A stretch of 64,000 bases of DNA. Source: Syntrophales bacterium. GTDB lineage: Bacteria > Desulfobacterota > Syntrophia > Syntrophales > UBA2210. Both the position numbers and the translations under genes were made by a program. Positions 40,031 to 48,210 of the stretch are shown piece by piece. Below the pieces are notes generated by a model, which was not told the origin of the DNA, made no database searches, and saw nothing but the letters and a program-made list of their open reading frames with translations. The stretch covers positions 1,440,001 to 1,504,000 of the forward strand of contig CAXXNF010000001.1 in assembly GCA_963666365.2 (NCBI GenBank), in the 5' to 3' direction. Each line of letters opens with the position of its first letter. The stretch's first letter is position 1.

Positions 40031-40053
40031 GGAGATGACCACAGGAGGAAAAA

Positions 40054-40629
40054 ATGGAAAGTAATGATATGAAAATGCGGCTTGCTGAAATGATTTTGAA
40101 GAAATCCTTTCGCTACAGCGACAATCCCCCCTTTACCCTGGCTTCGGGAAAGAAGAGCAATTATTATTTTAATTGCAAGCCCACCACGCTGGATCCCGAG
40201 GGAATGTACCTGATCGGCAATGTCATCTTTGCTATGCTGGAAACATCAGACATTACCGCGGTGGGGGGGCTGACCCTGGGGGCCGATCCCATAGCCAACG
40301 CAATTTCGATTATTTCCTACCAGCGGGGACGGCCCATCAAGGCCTTTATTGTGCGCAAGGACGTCAAGGCCCATGGCACGCGCAGCGCCGTAGAAGGGAA
40401 TGTCGAAGCGGGGGAACGGGTGATCGTGCTTGACGATGTCATCACTACCGGAGGATCAACGATTCAGGCAATCGAAAAGGCCAGGGAGGCAGGACTCATT
40501 GTTGACGGGGTAATCGCCCTCATCGATCGTCAGGAGGGGGGACGGGAGAATATAGAGCGCGTTGTTTCCAATGTGCGGGCGGTCTTTACCCGTGAGGAAA
40601 TCATGGAGCATTACCGGCGGGAAGACTGA
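40054..40629 (+). CDS. pyrE: Orotate phosphoribosyltransferase
   Basis: FTLASGKKSNYY, VRKDVKAHG, VLDDVITTGGS. Confidence 0.93.
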   Translation: MESNDMKMRLAEMILKKSFRYSDNPPFTLASGKKSNYYFNCKPTTLDPEGMYLIGNVIFAMLETSDITAVGGLTLGADPIANAISIISYQRGRPIKAFIVRKDVKAHGTRSAVEGNVEAGERVIVLDDVITTGGSTIQAIEKAREAGLIVDGVIALIDRQEGGRENIERVVSNVRAVFTREEIMEHYRRED

Positions 40630-40641
40630 GAGTATAGCACG

Positions 40642-40779
40642 CTTTGCATAATGCATCTTTCTGTCATTCCGGGCGTGACCCGGAATCCAGAAAGTGCGTG
40701 AAAAAACTAGATACCTCCCGGACTTGATCCGGGACCTGCCGGTATGACGAAATTGGCGATTTTATGAGATTCTGCAAAG
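40642..40779. mobile_element. MITE-like element with terminal inverted repeats and internal GTCATTCCGG...CCGGTATGAC palindromes
   Basis: ctttgcataat (40642-40652) / attctgcaaag (40769-40779); internal inverted ends gtcattccgg (40663) / ccggtatgac (to 40748). Confidence 0.55.
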
Positions 40780-40906
40780 GTTTCGGAGTAAACGGTCAGT
40801 ATGCCGAACGCATCCACAGGAACGTCTCCTGCGGAAGGGGTGGTTTCACATCGAGCAGTGAATCCTCTTCCGCAGCATGAAATCAAGTTTTTATCCGGAA
40901 GTTTTT

Positions 40907-41068
40907 TTATTCGGTTTTTTTCGCTTTTCTCCCCCGGCTTTCTTTCTTTAGTATGCCCATATTAACAAGGTATTTTTTCAAAGGCACTATTTCCTTGTCG
41001 ATTTCTTCCCTTTGCTTCAATAATTCTTCGTAGCGCTTTTTTGCAACGTTTCTGAATTCACTGTCCAT
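40907..41068 (-). CDS. Small basic coiled-coil protein (53 aa)
   Basis: GGAGG RBS before ATG 41068; RYEELLKQREEIDKEI coiled coil; SRGRKAKK tail. Confidence 0.7.
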   Translation of the reverse strand: MDSEFRNVAKKRYEELLKQREEIDKEIVPLKKYLVNMGILKKESRGRKAKKTE

Positions 41069-41226
41069 TATTTTTTTACCTCCATTTTTTATGGTCAAAC
41101 GAAAGGTGATATTATCACATATTATCTCAAAAATACCACCAGCTTTTTAACCGTTAATAAATGCACTTTATTGCATGTTTTGAGTGTGCTAAAATTACGT
41201 TCCGACAAAGAAAAAAGGAGGAATGT

Positions 41227-41499
41227 ATGTACGATGTCAAATGTACGGTGAAATCCGTAAAAGGATTCTGTTCGGCGGGGTACAAAGCGGGTGATTATTT
41301 TTATGTAAAAGATGGATTGATGATAGAGGCGGCAACGCCGAAGGGCATATGCATGTACGCCCTGCCCGCGCTGCTCCCCTATCTTACCGCCTATTGCCGT
41401 GAAACGCCCGAAGGCGACTGGATCAACACGGTCGGGGAATTGCAGTGCCCCGACAGTGCCAATACGGTGATATTCGAAATTGAACGAATTGAAATATAG
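41227..41499 (+). CDS. Small Cys-containing protein, TIGR04076-like
   Basis: AGGAGG RBS; VKGFCSAGYKAGDYF...GICMYAL...QCPD...VIFEI pattern. Confidence 0.75.
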   Translation: MYDVKCTVKSVKGFCSAGYKAGDYFYVKDGLMIEAATPKGICMYALPALLPYLTAYCRETPEGDWINTVGELQCPDSANTVIFEIERIEI

Positions 41500-41529
41500 C
41501 CAGGATTTGGGAGGGTGTACTATGTGAAA

Positions 41530-41565
41530 AAAGCCGGAGACCTTTGAATCCGTCTCCGGCTTTTG
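41530..41565. terminator. Bidirectional intrinsic terminator
   Basis: aaaagccggagac...gtctccggctttt between convergent genes. Confidence 0.75.
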
Positions 41566-41581
41566 ATAAAAACACCAGTGC

Positions 41582-42694
41582 CTAGCCCACAAGTTTGGAC
41601 ATATTTGCCAGCACTGCTTCCGCTTCTTTTGCGATAGTCTGAACCAATTCATCAACCGTGGGCATGCTGGTGATACGCTGGGCAATTTCACCGCCAGCCA
41701 TCATGGCCTTTTCTTTGTCTCCCGTGTATACGGCATCAATTGACTCGTCCTCGTATTCAATAAGTGACCTGTCTTCCATGTCCATATAGCTGTCGGGGGT
41801 CCCGAGGTACACTCCGGGCGACTTTTTCAGGGTGTTGATCGCGTGCGCTTCACTTCGGGCGTTTCTCAACCACCGGGCCGGGCCCACATAACCCCGTGCG
41901 ACTAAGGTGCCACGGTCTTGGGCGTCTACGACGGCTTGTTTCCAGAGCGGGGGGAAATCACTTTCCTGCGTGGCGAGGAAGCGGGTACCCATCAGTGCTC
42001 CGTCGCAGCCCAGGGCCAGAGTGGCTGCCAGGCTCTTGCCGTCGCCGACTCCTCCGCCACCGACCACGAGCGTGTTCTCATCGGAGACAGCATCGACCAC
42101 GGCGGGGAACAGCACCATGGAGTGAAGCGGTTCCCAGTGTGTATGGAAGCCGCCTTCATGACCCGAGGCAACGATTACGTCAACACCCGCCTTCTTGCAA
42201 CGCTGGGCGGCTCTAACGGAAGGAATGATATGAATCCATTTGAATCCGGCCCCCTTGATCATGTCTCCCCAGCCCATCGGGTCGCCGGCGGAGGTGTACA
42301 TTACCTTGAGGGTGTCTTTCATGTCGGGATTCTCTTCCCGCACCTTGATGGCCGTTTCGATCATAACTCTCGAGTTCTCTTTGAGCTCCGCCGATACCAT
42401 TACATTGGGTCCGAAAATGCCGCCTTTGTCTTTGACCAGGCGGTGGGTTCGTTTCAGAACCGATTCCAGCACCGTCGCCATATCGTCATCAAAGTTTGCC
42501 TCACCGGTCTCGCAAAAGGCTTTATAGACCAGGGGCTGAGTTTCTTTGTTGAAGACGCCGGCGGTGGAAAGCAGTCCGAGACAGCCGGCATTGGCGGCGG
42601 CAACACAGAGATTGTTGTTGCTGAAGGGGCCCATTCCCGCCTGAATGATGGGATATTTGATTCCAAGTAAATCACACAGTCTTGATTTAATCAT
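41582..42694 (-). CDS. Nitronate monooxygenase / FabK-like FMN-dependent oxidoreductase, paralogue 1
   Basis: YPIIQAGMG, SGHEGGFH, GGVGDG, MGTRFLATQES. Confidence 0.88.
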   Translation of the reverse strand: MIKSRLCDLLGIKYPIIQAGMGPFSNNNLCVAAANAGCLGLLSTAGVFNKETQPLVYKAFCETGEANFDDDMATVLESVLKRTHRLVKDKGGIFGPNVMVSAELKENSRVMIETAIKVREENPDMKDTLKVMYTSAGDPMGWGDMIKGAGFKWIHIIPSVRAAQRCKKAGVDVIVASGHEGGFHTHWEPLHSMVLFPAVVDAVSDENTLVVGGGGVGDGKSLAATLALGCDGALMGTRFLATQESDFPPLWKQAVVDAQDRGTLVARGYVGPARWLRNARSEAHAINTLKKSPGVYLGTPDSYMDMEDRSLIEYEDESIDAVYTGDKEKAMMAGGEIAQRITSMPTVDELVQTIAKEAEAVLANMSKLVG

Positions 42695-42721
42695 AAAACA
42701 TAACCTCCAAGTTATACGTAT

Positions 42722-42737
42722 TGCAGTTTCACAACCA
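42722..42737 (-). promoter_or_regulatory. Putative sigma-54 promoter of paralogue 1
   Basis: Minus strand TGGTTGTGAAACTGCA, GG-N10-GC; conserved upstream of paralogue 2. Confidence 0.55.
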
Positions 42738-42860
42738 TTCTTCGGGTATTCACAGTCAAGGAAGGCCCTTTACTTAAAAAGGAAGAAGGCAAATGCCTCC
42801 GTCATATTCGAGGGTGAAAGAATGAAAAATGAACACAGCGTAAATGAAAAATAATGTATC

Positions 42861-42897
42861 AAAAGCCGGAAACGTTTGAAAACGTCTCCGGCTTTTG
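42861..42897 (-). terminator. Intrinsic terminator after paralogue 2
   Basis: aaaagccggaaacgttt...aaacgtctccggctttt, homologous to the 41530 hairpin. Confidence 0.7.
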
Positions 42898-42913
42898 ATT
42901 AAAACACTAGTGT

Positions 42914-44026
42914 CTAGCCCACAAGTTTGGACATATTTGTCATTACTGCTTCCGCTTCTTTCACGATAGTCTGAACCAATTCATCAACCGAGGGCATGCT
43001 GGTGATACGCTGGGCAACTTCGCCGCCGGCCATCATGGCCATCTCCTTGTTTCCTTCGTATACCGCCTTAATCGACTCGTTCTCGAATTCGATCAGCGAC
43101 ATGTCTTCCATGTCCATATAGCTGTCGGGGGTGCCGAGGTACACTCCCGGTGACTTTTTCAGGGTATTGACCGCATGCTCTTCACTTCGCGGGGTTCTCA
43201 ACCACCGGGCCGGGCCCACGTAGCCCCGTGCGACCAGGGTGCCCCGGTCTTGTGCATCAACCACGGTTTGCTTCCACAGCTGGGGGAAATCGCTTTCCTG
43301 TGTGGCGAGGAAACGCGTACCCATCAGCACTCCATCACAGCCCAGCGCCATGGTGGCTGCCAGGCTCTTGCCGTCGCCGACGCCGCCTCCGCCGACCACG
43401 AGTGTGTTTTCATCGGATACCGCGTCGACCACTGCGGGGAACAGCACCATGGAGTGCAGCGGTTCCCAGTGCGTATGGAAGCCGCCTTCGTGACCCGAGG
43501 CGACGATGACGTCAACGCCCGCCTTTTTGCAGCGCTGAGCGGCTCTGACGGAGGGGATGATATGCACCCAGATAAATCCGGCGCCTTTGATCATCTCTCC
43601 CCAGCCCATCGGGTCGCCGGCGGAGGTGTACATTACCTTGAGAGTGTCTTTCATCTCGGGGTTTTCTTCACGCACCTTGATGGCCGTTTCGATCATAATT
43701 TTCGAGTACTCTTTGAGTTCCGCCGATACCATAACATTGGGTCCGAAGACGCCGCCTTTGTCTTTGACAAGGCGATGGGTTCTCTTCAGCACCGATGCCA
43801 GCACCGAGCCCATGTCGTCATCCGGATTTGCCTCTCCGGTTTCGCAAAAGGCGTTATAGATCCAGGGCTGGTCGTGTTTGTTGAAGAGACCGCTTGTGGA
43901 AAGCAATCCGAGGCAACCTGCATTTGCTGCGGCGACGCAGAGATTGTTGTTGCTGAAGGGACCCATTCCCGCCTGCATAATAGGATACTTGATCCCAAGC
44001 AGATCACACAGTCTTGATTTAATCAT
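42914..44026 (-). CDS. Nitronate monooxygenase / FabK-like FMN-dependent oxidoreductase, paralogue 2
   Basis: Same motifs and length (370 aa) as paralogue 1. Confidence 0.88.
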   Translation of the reverse strand: MIKSRLCDLLGIKYPIMQAGMGPFSNNNLCVAAANAGCLGLLSTSGLFNKHDQPWIYNAFCETGEANPDDDMGSVLASVLKRTHRLVKDKGGVFGPNVMVSAELKEYSKIMIETAIKVREENPEMKDTLKVMYTSAGDPMGWGEMIKGAGFIWVHIIPSVRAAQRCKKAGVDVIVASGHEGGFHTHWEPLHSMVLFPAVVDAVSDENTLVVGGGGVGDGKSLAATMALGCDGVLMGTRFLATQESDFPQLWKQTVVDAQDRGTLVARGYVGPARWLRTPRSEEHAVNTLKKSPGVYLGTPDSYMDMEDMSLIEFENESIKAVYEGNKEMAMMAGGEVAQRITSMPSVDELVQTIVKEAEAVMTNMSKLVG

Positions 44027-44054
44027 AAAAAAACCTCCAAGTTGATATAGTTAT

Positions 44055-44070
44055 TGCAGTTTCATAACCA
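44055..44070 (-). promoter_or_regulatory. Putative sigma-54 promoter of paralogue 2
   Basis: Minus strand TGGTTATGAAACTGCA, GG-N10-GC. Confidence 0.55.
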
Positions 44071-44403
44071 CAATTGTTGGTGTAACGGCAGTTACGGTGT
44101 CCTCTAAGTATAACCTGTCCACCCGTGATGACATCGGTGAGATGCGATGGTGCGATCCGGTTGTTTCATTTTTTTACAGGTCACTTTGTGACCGAAAGAA
44201 CATATACAATAACAACACCCGTTGTCAAGAAATATCAAAGAGAATTGAGATCTTTTATTGAACCCGGTCCTGTAAAAAGTTTGCAATCATCCTCTCCCCT
44301 GGGGGTGAGGGTGATAAATAAATAAATTAATTACGAATGATTAAAAATCCTCTTCACCTTCCACCAGGGGAGGGGGGGTATACTATGAATTTTTACGGGT
44401 CCG

Positions 44404-45099
44404 TCAAGATTCCGATTGCCCTGCCCGAAGTCGAAGTCTGTTGACGGCGAGGTGCGCCTGTCGTGTCGGTTCCGGAAGTTTATATCCCCTCATGGAGGAC
44501 AGGACAAGGGCAATCGCCGACTCGAGGCCGATTTTGTGCCCCTGCGACACAAAAACAGGTTTTACCCCCTTTTTGGTCCTCAGGACGGCGCCCACGGTGT
44601 TGCCTTTATGCCGGAGGGGCGACCAGTCCCCGGGATTCTCGCCGGGAATGTCGCCTGCGCCCACGAGCCTGCGCTTGGCACAGCCGATTGTGGGAATGTC
44701 AAGAAACAGCCCAAGGTGAGAGGCAAGGCCGACACCACGGGGATGGGCGATTCCCTGGCCGTCGAATATAGCGACGTCGGGTCTGTGGCGAAGTTTCTCC
44801 CAGGCCTTCAAAAGGGGCGGTCCTTCCCTGAAGGAGAGCAGGCCGGGAATATAGGGAAAATCCACGGGCCCCTGCCATGATGCCTCTTCCATGACCTCCA
44901 TGCTGTGGGCATCCAGGGCAACTACCGCGGCAAAAAAGAATTTGTCGCCCCTGGAATAGGAGATATCGGCCCCGGCGATACAGGTGATGCGGTCAGGGCG
45001 CCCCCTGTCTTCAAGAACCAGTTGTCCGGCTATGTCGCGCTGAATTGCCGCCGCTTCTTGATATGTCACATTCCAATCGTGAAGATATCTTATATTCAT
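44404..45099 (-). CDS. nfi: Endonuclease V
   Basis: AGADISY, FPYIPGLLSFRE, FDGQGIAHPRGVGLASH, KLPEPTRQAH. Confidence 0.95.
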   Translation of the reverse strand: MNIRYLHDWNVTYQEAAAIQRDIAGQLVLEDRGRPDRITCIAGADISYSRGDKFFFAAVVALDAHSMEVMEEASWQGPVDFPYIPGLLSFREGPPLLKAWEKLRHRPDVAIFDGQGIAHPRGVGLASHLGLFLDIPTIGCAKRRLVGAGDIPGENPGDWSPLRHKGNTVGAVLRTKKGVKPVFVSQGHKIGLESAIALVLSSMRGYKLPEPTRQAHLAVNRLRLRAGQSES

Positions 45100-45114
45100 G
45101 GGGCTGCACAGGTT

Positions 45115-46068
45115 TCACGATGAATGATTCGTATCATCCCGGGCTTCGACGGCAAGGATTTCTTTTCCCCGCAGGATGTCCCTTTGAATCTGCGCCATCA
45201 GTTCCTCCGGTCCGGTGAATTTCATCTCGTCCCGCAACCGTTCTACAAAAAGGATCGTCACTTCCTTCCCGTAGATGTCGCCCTGAAAATCAAATAAATG
45301 GCCTTCCACGGACAGTTCGTTGTTCCCGAAGGTGGGGTTGTACCCGATGTTGAGCACGCCTTCGTAACGGCTCCCCTCGATGAGTGCGTAGATTACATAG
45401 ACGCCCTTTTTCGGGATCACCTTTTCCGATTGTATGTTTGCCGTGGGGAATCCCATGTCGGTGCCCCTCCGATATCCCCGTACGACTGTTCCGGAGATAT
45501 CATAATATCGTCCCAGCATTTGAGAAACAGACCGAACATTTCCATCAAGAATCGCCAGACGGATGTTGGTGCTGCTCGAAATCTTTTCGCCGGCGCTCAC
45601 GGCGGCAATCTGCTCTACCTCGAACCCCAGTTTTTTCCCGTAGCCGGTAAGATAGTCTGCGTTGCCCCCTTTGTCCTTCCCGAATTTGTAATCGTAGCCG
45701 ATAAAAATCTTTCGAAGACGGAGCTTTTCCCACAGGATGTCTCGAATGAATTCTTCGGCGGTGGTGCGGGCGAATGCCATGGTAAACTCGATGAGTATCA
45801 CGGCGTCGATGCCGCAGGATTCTATGAGTCGCAGTTTTTCTTCAACCGTTGTAAGAAGAAAAAAGGGCCGTCGTTCAGGATGGATTATTTTTTTGGGGTG
45901 GGGATCAAAGGTAATGACAACGGTCTTTCCCCCGTTGGTGTGTGCATCTTCCACCATGCGCGCGAAAATTTGCTTGTGTCCCAGATGAATGCCGTCAAAG
46001 TTTCCAATGGTGACGACTGCACCGGAAAGTTCCGCGGGAATGGAGTCGAGTGATCTGTATACGTTCAT
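45115..46068 (-). CDS. ribF: Bifunctional riboflavin kinase/FAD synthetase
   Basis: IGNFDGIHLGH, TFDPHP, GFPTAN, GYNPTF, LRDEMKF. Confidence 0.96.
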   Translation of the reverse strand: MNVYRSLDSIPAELSGAVVTIGNFDGIHLGHKQIFARMVEDAHTNGGKTVVITFDPHPKKIIHPERRPFFLLTTVEEKLRLIESCGIDAVILIEFTMAFARTTAEEFIRDILWEKLRLRKIFIGYDYKFGKDKGGNADYLTGYGKKLGFEVEQIAAVSAGEKISSSTNIRLAILDGNVRSVSQMLGRYYDISGTVVRGYRRGTDMGFPTANIQSEKVIPKKGVYVIYALIEGSRYEGVLNIGYNPTFGNNELSVEGHLFDFQGDIYGKEVTILFVERLRDEMKFTGPEELMAQIQRDILRGKEILAVEARDDTNHSS

Positions 46069-46171
46069 ATGTAATCCATGCGTGGTTTTTATAGTTATTC
46101 CGTATGTTTTTAATTAATGCTTGAAAGTGTGAACCATAACATGTATGGCAATATTTTCAAATATATTTTTC

Positions 46172-46199
46172 TTGACAATGCCGGGGGTGAGAGTATAAG
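46172..46199 (+). promoter_or_regulatory. Sigma-70 promoter of tRNA-Leu
   Basis: TTGACA-N16-TATAAG, 18 bp before the tRNA. Confidence 0.65.
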
Positions 46200-46217
46200 T
46201 TGCCTACAATTTCAAGT

Positions 46218-46304
46218 GCCGAAGTGGCGGAATTGGTAGACGCGCTAGGTTCAGGGTCTAGTGGGCGTACGCCTGTCCGAGTTCGAGTCTCGGCTTCGGC
46301 ACCA
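46218..46304 (+). tRNA. tRNA-Leu(CAG)
   Basis: GCCGAAG/CTTCGGC acceptor stem, D loop AATTGGTA, anticodon loop TTCAGGG, long variable arm, GTTCGAGT, encoded CCA. Confidence 0.97.
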
Positions 46305-46316
46305 TATAAAAAACCA

Positions 46317-46348
46317 GGGGCGTTCCTCATGCGGGATGCCCCTTTTTT
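46317..46348 (+). terminator. Intrinsic terminator after the tRNA
   Basis: ggggcgttcc...gggatgcccc tttttt. Confidence 0.75.
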
Positions 46349-46358
46349 GTGGGCGGAT

Positions 46359-46391
46359 GTCTGGTCTGTCTGGTCTATCTGGTCTGTCTGG
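46359..46391 (-). repeat. Nonamer tandem repeat (reverse complement of ACCAGACAG)
   Basis: gtctggtct gtctggtct atctggtct gtctgg. Confidence 0.85.
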
Positions 46392-46422
46392 AGGATTCTT
46401 TCTGCGAGCGATGGCCCGCTGC

Positions 46423-46485
46423 AGAACATAGAACGCAGAACATAGAACATAGAACATAGAACGTAGAACGCACAACATAGAACAT
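46423..46485 (+). repeat. Heptamer tandem repeat AGAACAT x9
   Basis: agaacat agaacgc agaacat agaacat agaacat agaacgt agaacgc acaacat agaacat. Confidence 0.9.
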
Positions 46486-46504
46486 GATCCAAGGGGGACG
46501 TGGC

Positions 46505-47341
46505 ATGAAGCATCAAGAGGGAACATTCAAAGGATCGGCTGGGGGCGATATTTATTATCAATGGTGGCTTCCCGATGAGGCGCCGAGGGCGGTAATCCTC
46601 ATTGTCCATGGATTGGCCGAACACAGTGGTCGTTACGGCAATGTGGTCGATCACTTTGTTCCGCGCGGCTATGCCCTTTTCGGATTCGATCTTCCGGGGC
46701 ATGGAAAATCTTTCGGAAGGCGGGTGCATGTGCACAGGTTTAAGGATTACACGGACACGGTCGATCGATGTCTCAGTATGGTGCGCACCTCCTTCCCGGA
46801 CATACCCCTATTCCTCATCGGGCACAGCATGGGAGGCCTGATCGCCGCCACATACCTGCTTGAACATCAGGACCGACCGGCGGCTGCGGTTCTTTCCGCG
46901 CCGAGTGTCAAGGCACATGACAATCTATCGCCCCTGACTGTTGCCCTGGGGAAGGTGCTGTCCTTCCTGATGCCCGGGGCCGGGATATTACAACTGGAGG
47001 CTGAAGGGGTCAGCCGTGATACAAACGTCGTGCAGGCCTATGAAAAGGATCCTCTGGTATATCGGGGGAAGGTAACGGCCCGCCTTGCCGCAGAGCTTCT
47101 TGCGGCAATGCGGCGCCTCTCGGCGGAGGCATCGCGGATCACGCTTCCTCTCCTGCTGCTGCAGGGAAGCGCCGACAGACTCGTCGATCCTGAAGGCGCC
47201 CGGCGCCTCTATGACAAAGTCAGTTCCTCCGACAAAAAGATCCTGATATACGAGGGGTTGTACCACGAAGTGTTCAACGAGCCCGAGCATGCACGAGTGC
47301 TGCAGGACGTTGATGACTGGCTGGAATTGCACCTCCGGTGA
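46505..47341 (+). CDS. Alpha/beta hydrolase, lysophospholipase/monoacylglycerol lipase family
   Basis: HGLAEHSGRY, DLPGHGKS, GHSMGG, YHEVFNE. Confidence 0.9.
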   Translation: MKHQEGTFKGSAGGDIYYQWWLPDEAPRAVILIVHGLAEHSGRYGNVVDHFVPRGYALFGFDLPGHGKSFGRRVHVHRFKDYTDTVDRCLSMVRTSFPDIPLFLIGHSMGGLIAATYLLEHQDRPAAAVLSAPSVKAHDNLSPLTVALGKVLSFLMPGAGILQLEAEGVSRDTNVVQAYEKDPLVYRGKVTARLAAELLAAMRRLSAEASRITLPLLLLQGSADRLVDPEGARRLYDKVSSSDKKILIYEGLYHEVFNEPEHARVLQDVDDWLELHLR

Positions 47342-47364
47342 GGGGTCTGTCTGGTTCGTTTGGG

Positions 47365-47394
47365 CCCGGTGAAATAGGCTTCGTATTTCATGGG
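47365..47394 (-). repeat. REP-like palindrome copy 4
   Basis: cccggtgaaataggcttcgtatttcatggg. Confidence 0.85.
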
Positions 47395-47408
47395 TAAATC
47401 TGTTTGGT

Positions 47409-47735
47409 TCGTTGGATGCGTTAATAGCGTTATGATCGTTAAGAACGTTACGATCGTTGAGAACGCTCTTTTCTTTTTTCCTCTGCGCCTCGGCGTCTCT
47501 GCGCGAGAAGCTTTTTTTATTTCCCGCAGAGACGCAGAGTCCGCAGAGAAAGCCTTTTTATATCTCTCAAATCCTCTGCATTCTCTGTGCCCCTGCGCGA
47601 GCATGTTTTTTTGTTCTCCCGCAGAGGCACGCCGAGAACAACTTGTTATTATCCCTTAAATCTCTGCGCGATATTTCCCACGCTTCTTACTCTTCCTACT
47701 TTTTGACTTTTCTTACTTTTTTCCCCCTGCAGGAG
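47409..47735 (+). repeat. GATCGTTAA-type nonamer array plus mosaic hairpin array D
   Basis: cgttatgat cgttaagaa cgttacgat cgttgagaa, then ctctgcgcctcggcgtctctgcgcgag...cgcagagacgcagagtccgcagag modules and a TTCCTACTY tail. Confidence 0.9.
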
Positions 47736-47745
47736 AACAAAAGTG

Positions 47746-48192
47746 TTACTTCAATGCCCTGAGATTTACATGGGCGATCCACTGCCATCGACCATCGGTC
47801 TGTGTCCATACACTGAGACGTGTTGCCGGAGCCGAGGAGAGGCGTGTGTTATCGATCGTTTCTTCCACAGATACAAAATAGGTCACGACGATCACCCCGC
47901 CCTGTTCCGTCACCTTGAAATTACTCAAGGTGTAGTTTCCGAGCGCAAGGCCCTTTATGAGCGCAATTTCTCCGTCGCGGTCCCGGGCGCCGTCTACATG
48001 GGCCGATTGAAATGCTGGGGCAATCTTTTCCGATACGCTGTTCCAGTTCCGCGCCTTAATATCTTTCCACATCTCCCGTTCCAGTTGTTCCCCGAGAGTC
48101 ATATCGCCGGCGCATATGGGACCGCAGAGAGGTCCCAGCATGAGGAGCATACCAATAAAGAGGCTCGCGAAGACCGGTTTTGTCAATGTCAT
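47746..48192 (-). CDS. Exported NTF2-like (DUF4440-type) protein
   Basis: Signal peptide; C-terminal RLSVWTQTDGRWQWIAH. Confidence 0.75.
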   Translation of the reverse strand: MTLTKPVFASLFIGMLLMLGPLCGPICAGDMTLGEQLEREMWKDIKARNWNSVSEKIAPAFQSAHVDGARDRDGEIALIKGLALGNYTLSNFKVTEQGGVIVVTYFVSVEETIDNTRLSSAPATRLSVWTQTDGRWQWIAHVNLRALK

Positions 48193-48210
48193 TTACTGTT
48201 TCCTTTCCTG

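Noticed and set aside
44290..44378. Degenerate CCTCTCCCC/GGGGAGGG hairpins
   Set aside because: Possibly a decayed repeat, but too degenerate and single-copy here to call
46218..47735. Possible genomic island integrated at tRNA-Leu
   Set aside because: No integrase and no duplicated tRNA 3' end seen; flanking genes are ordinary metabolic genes
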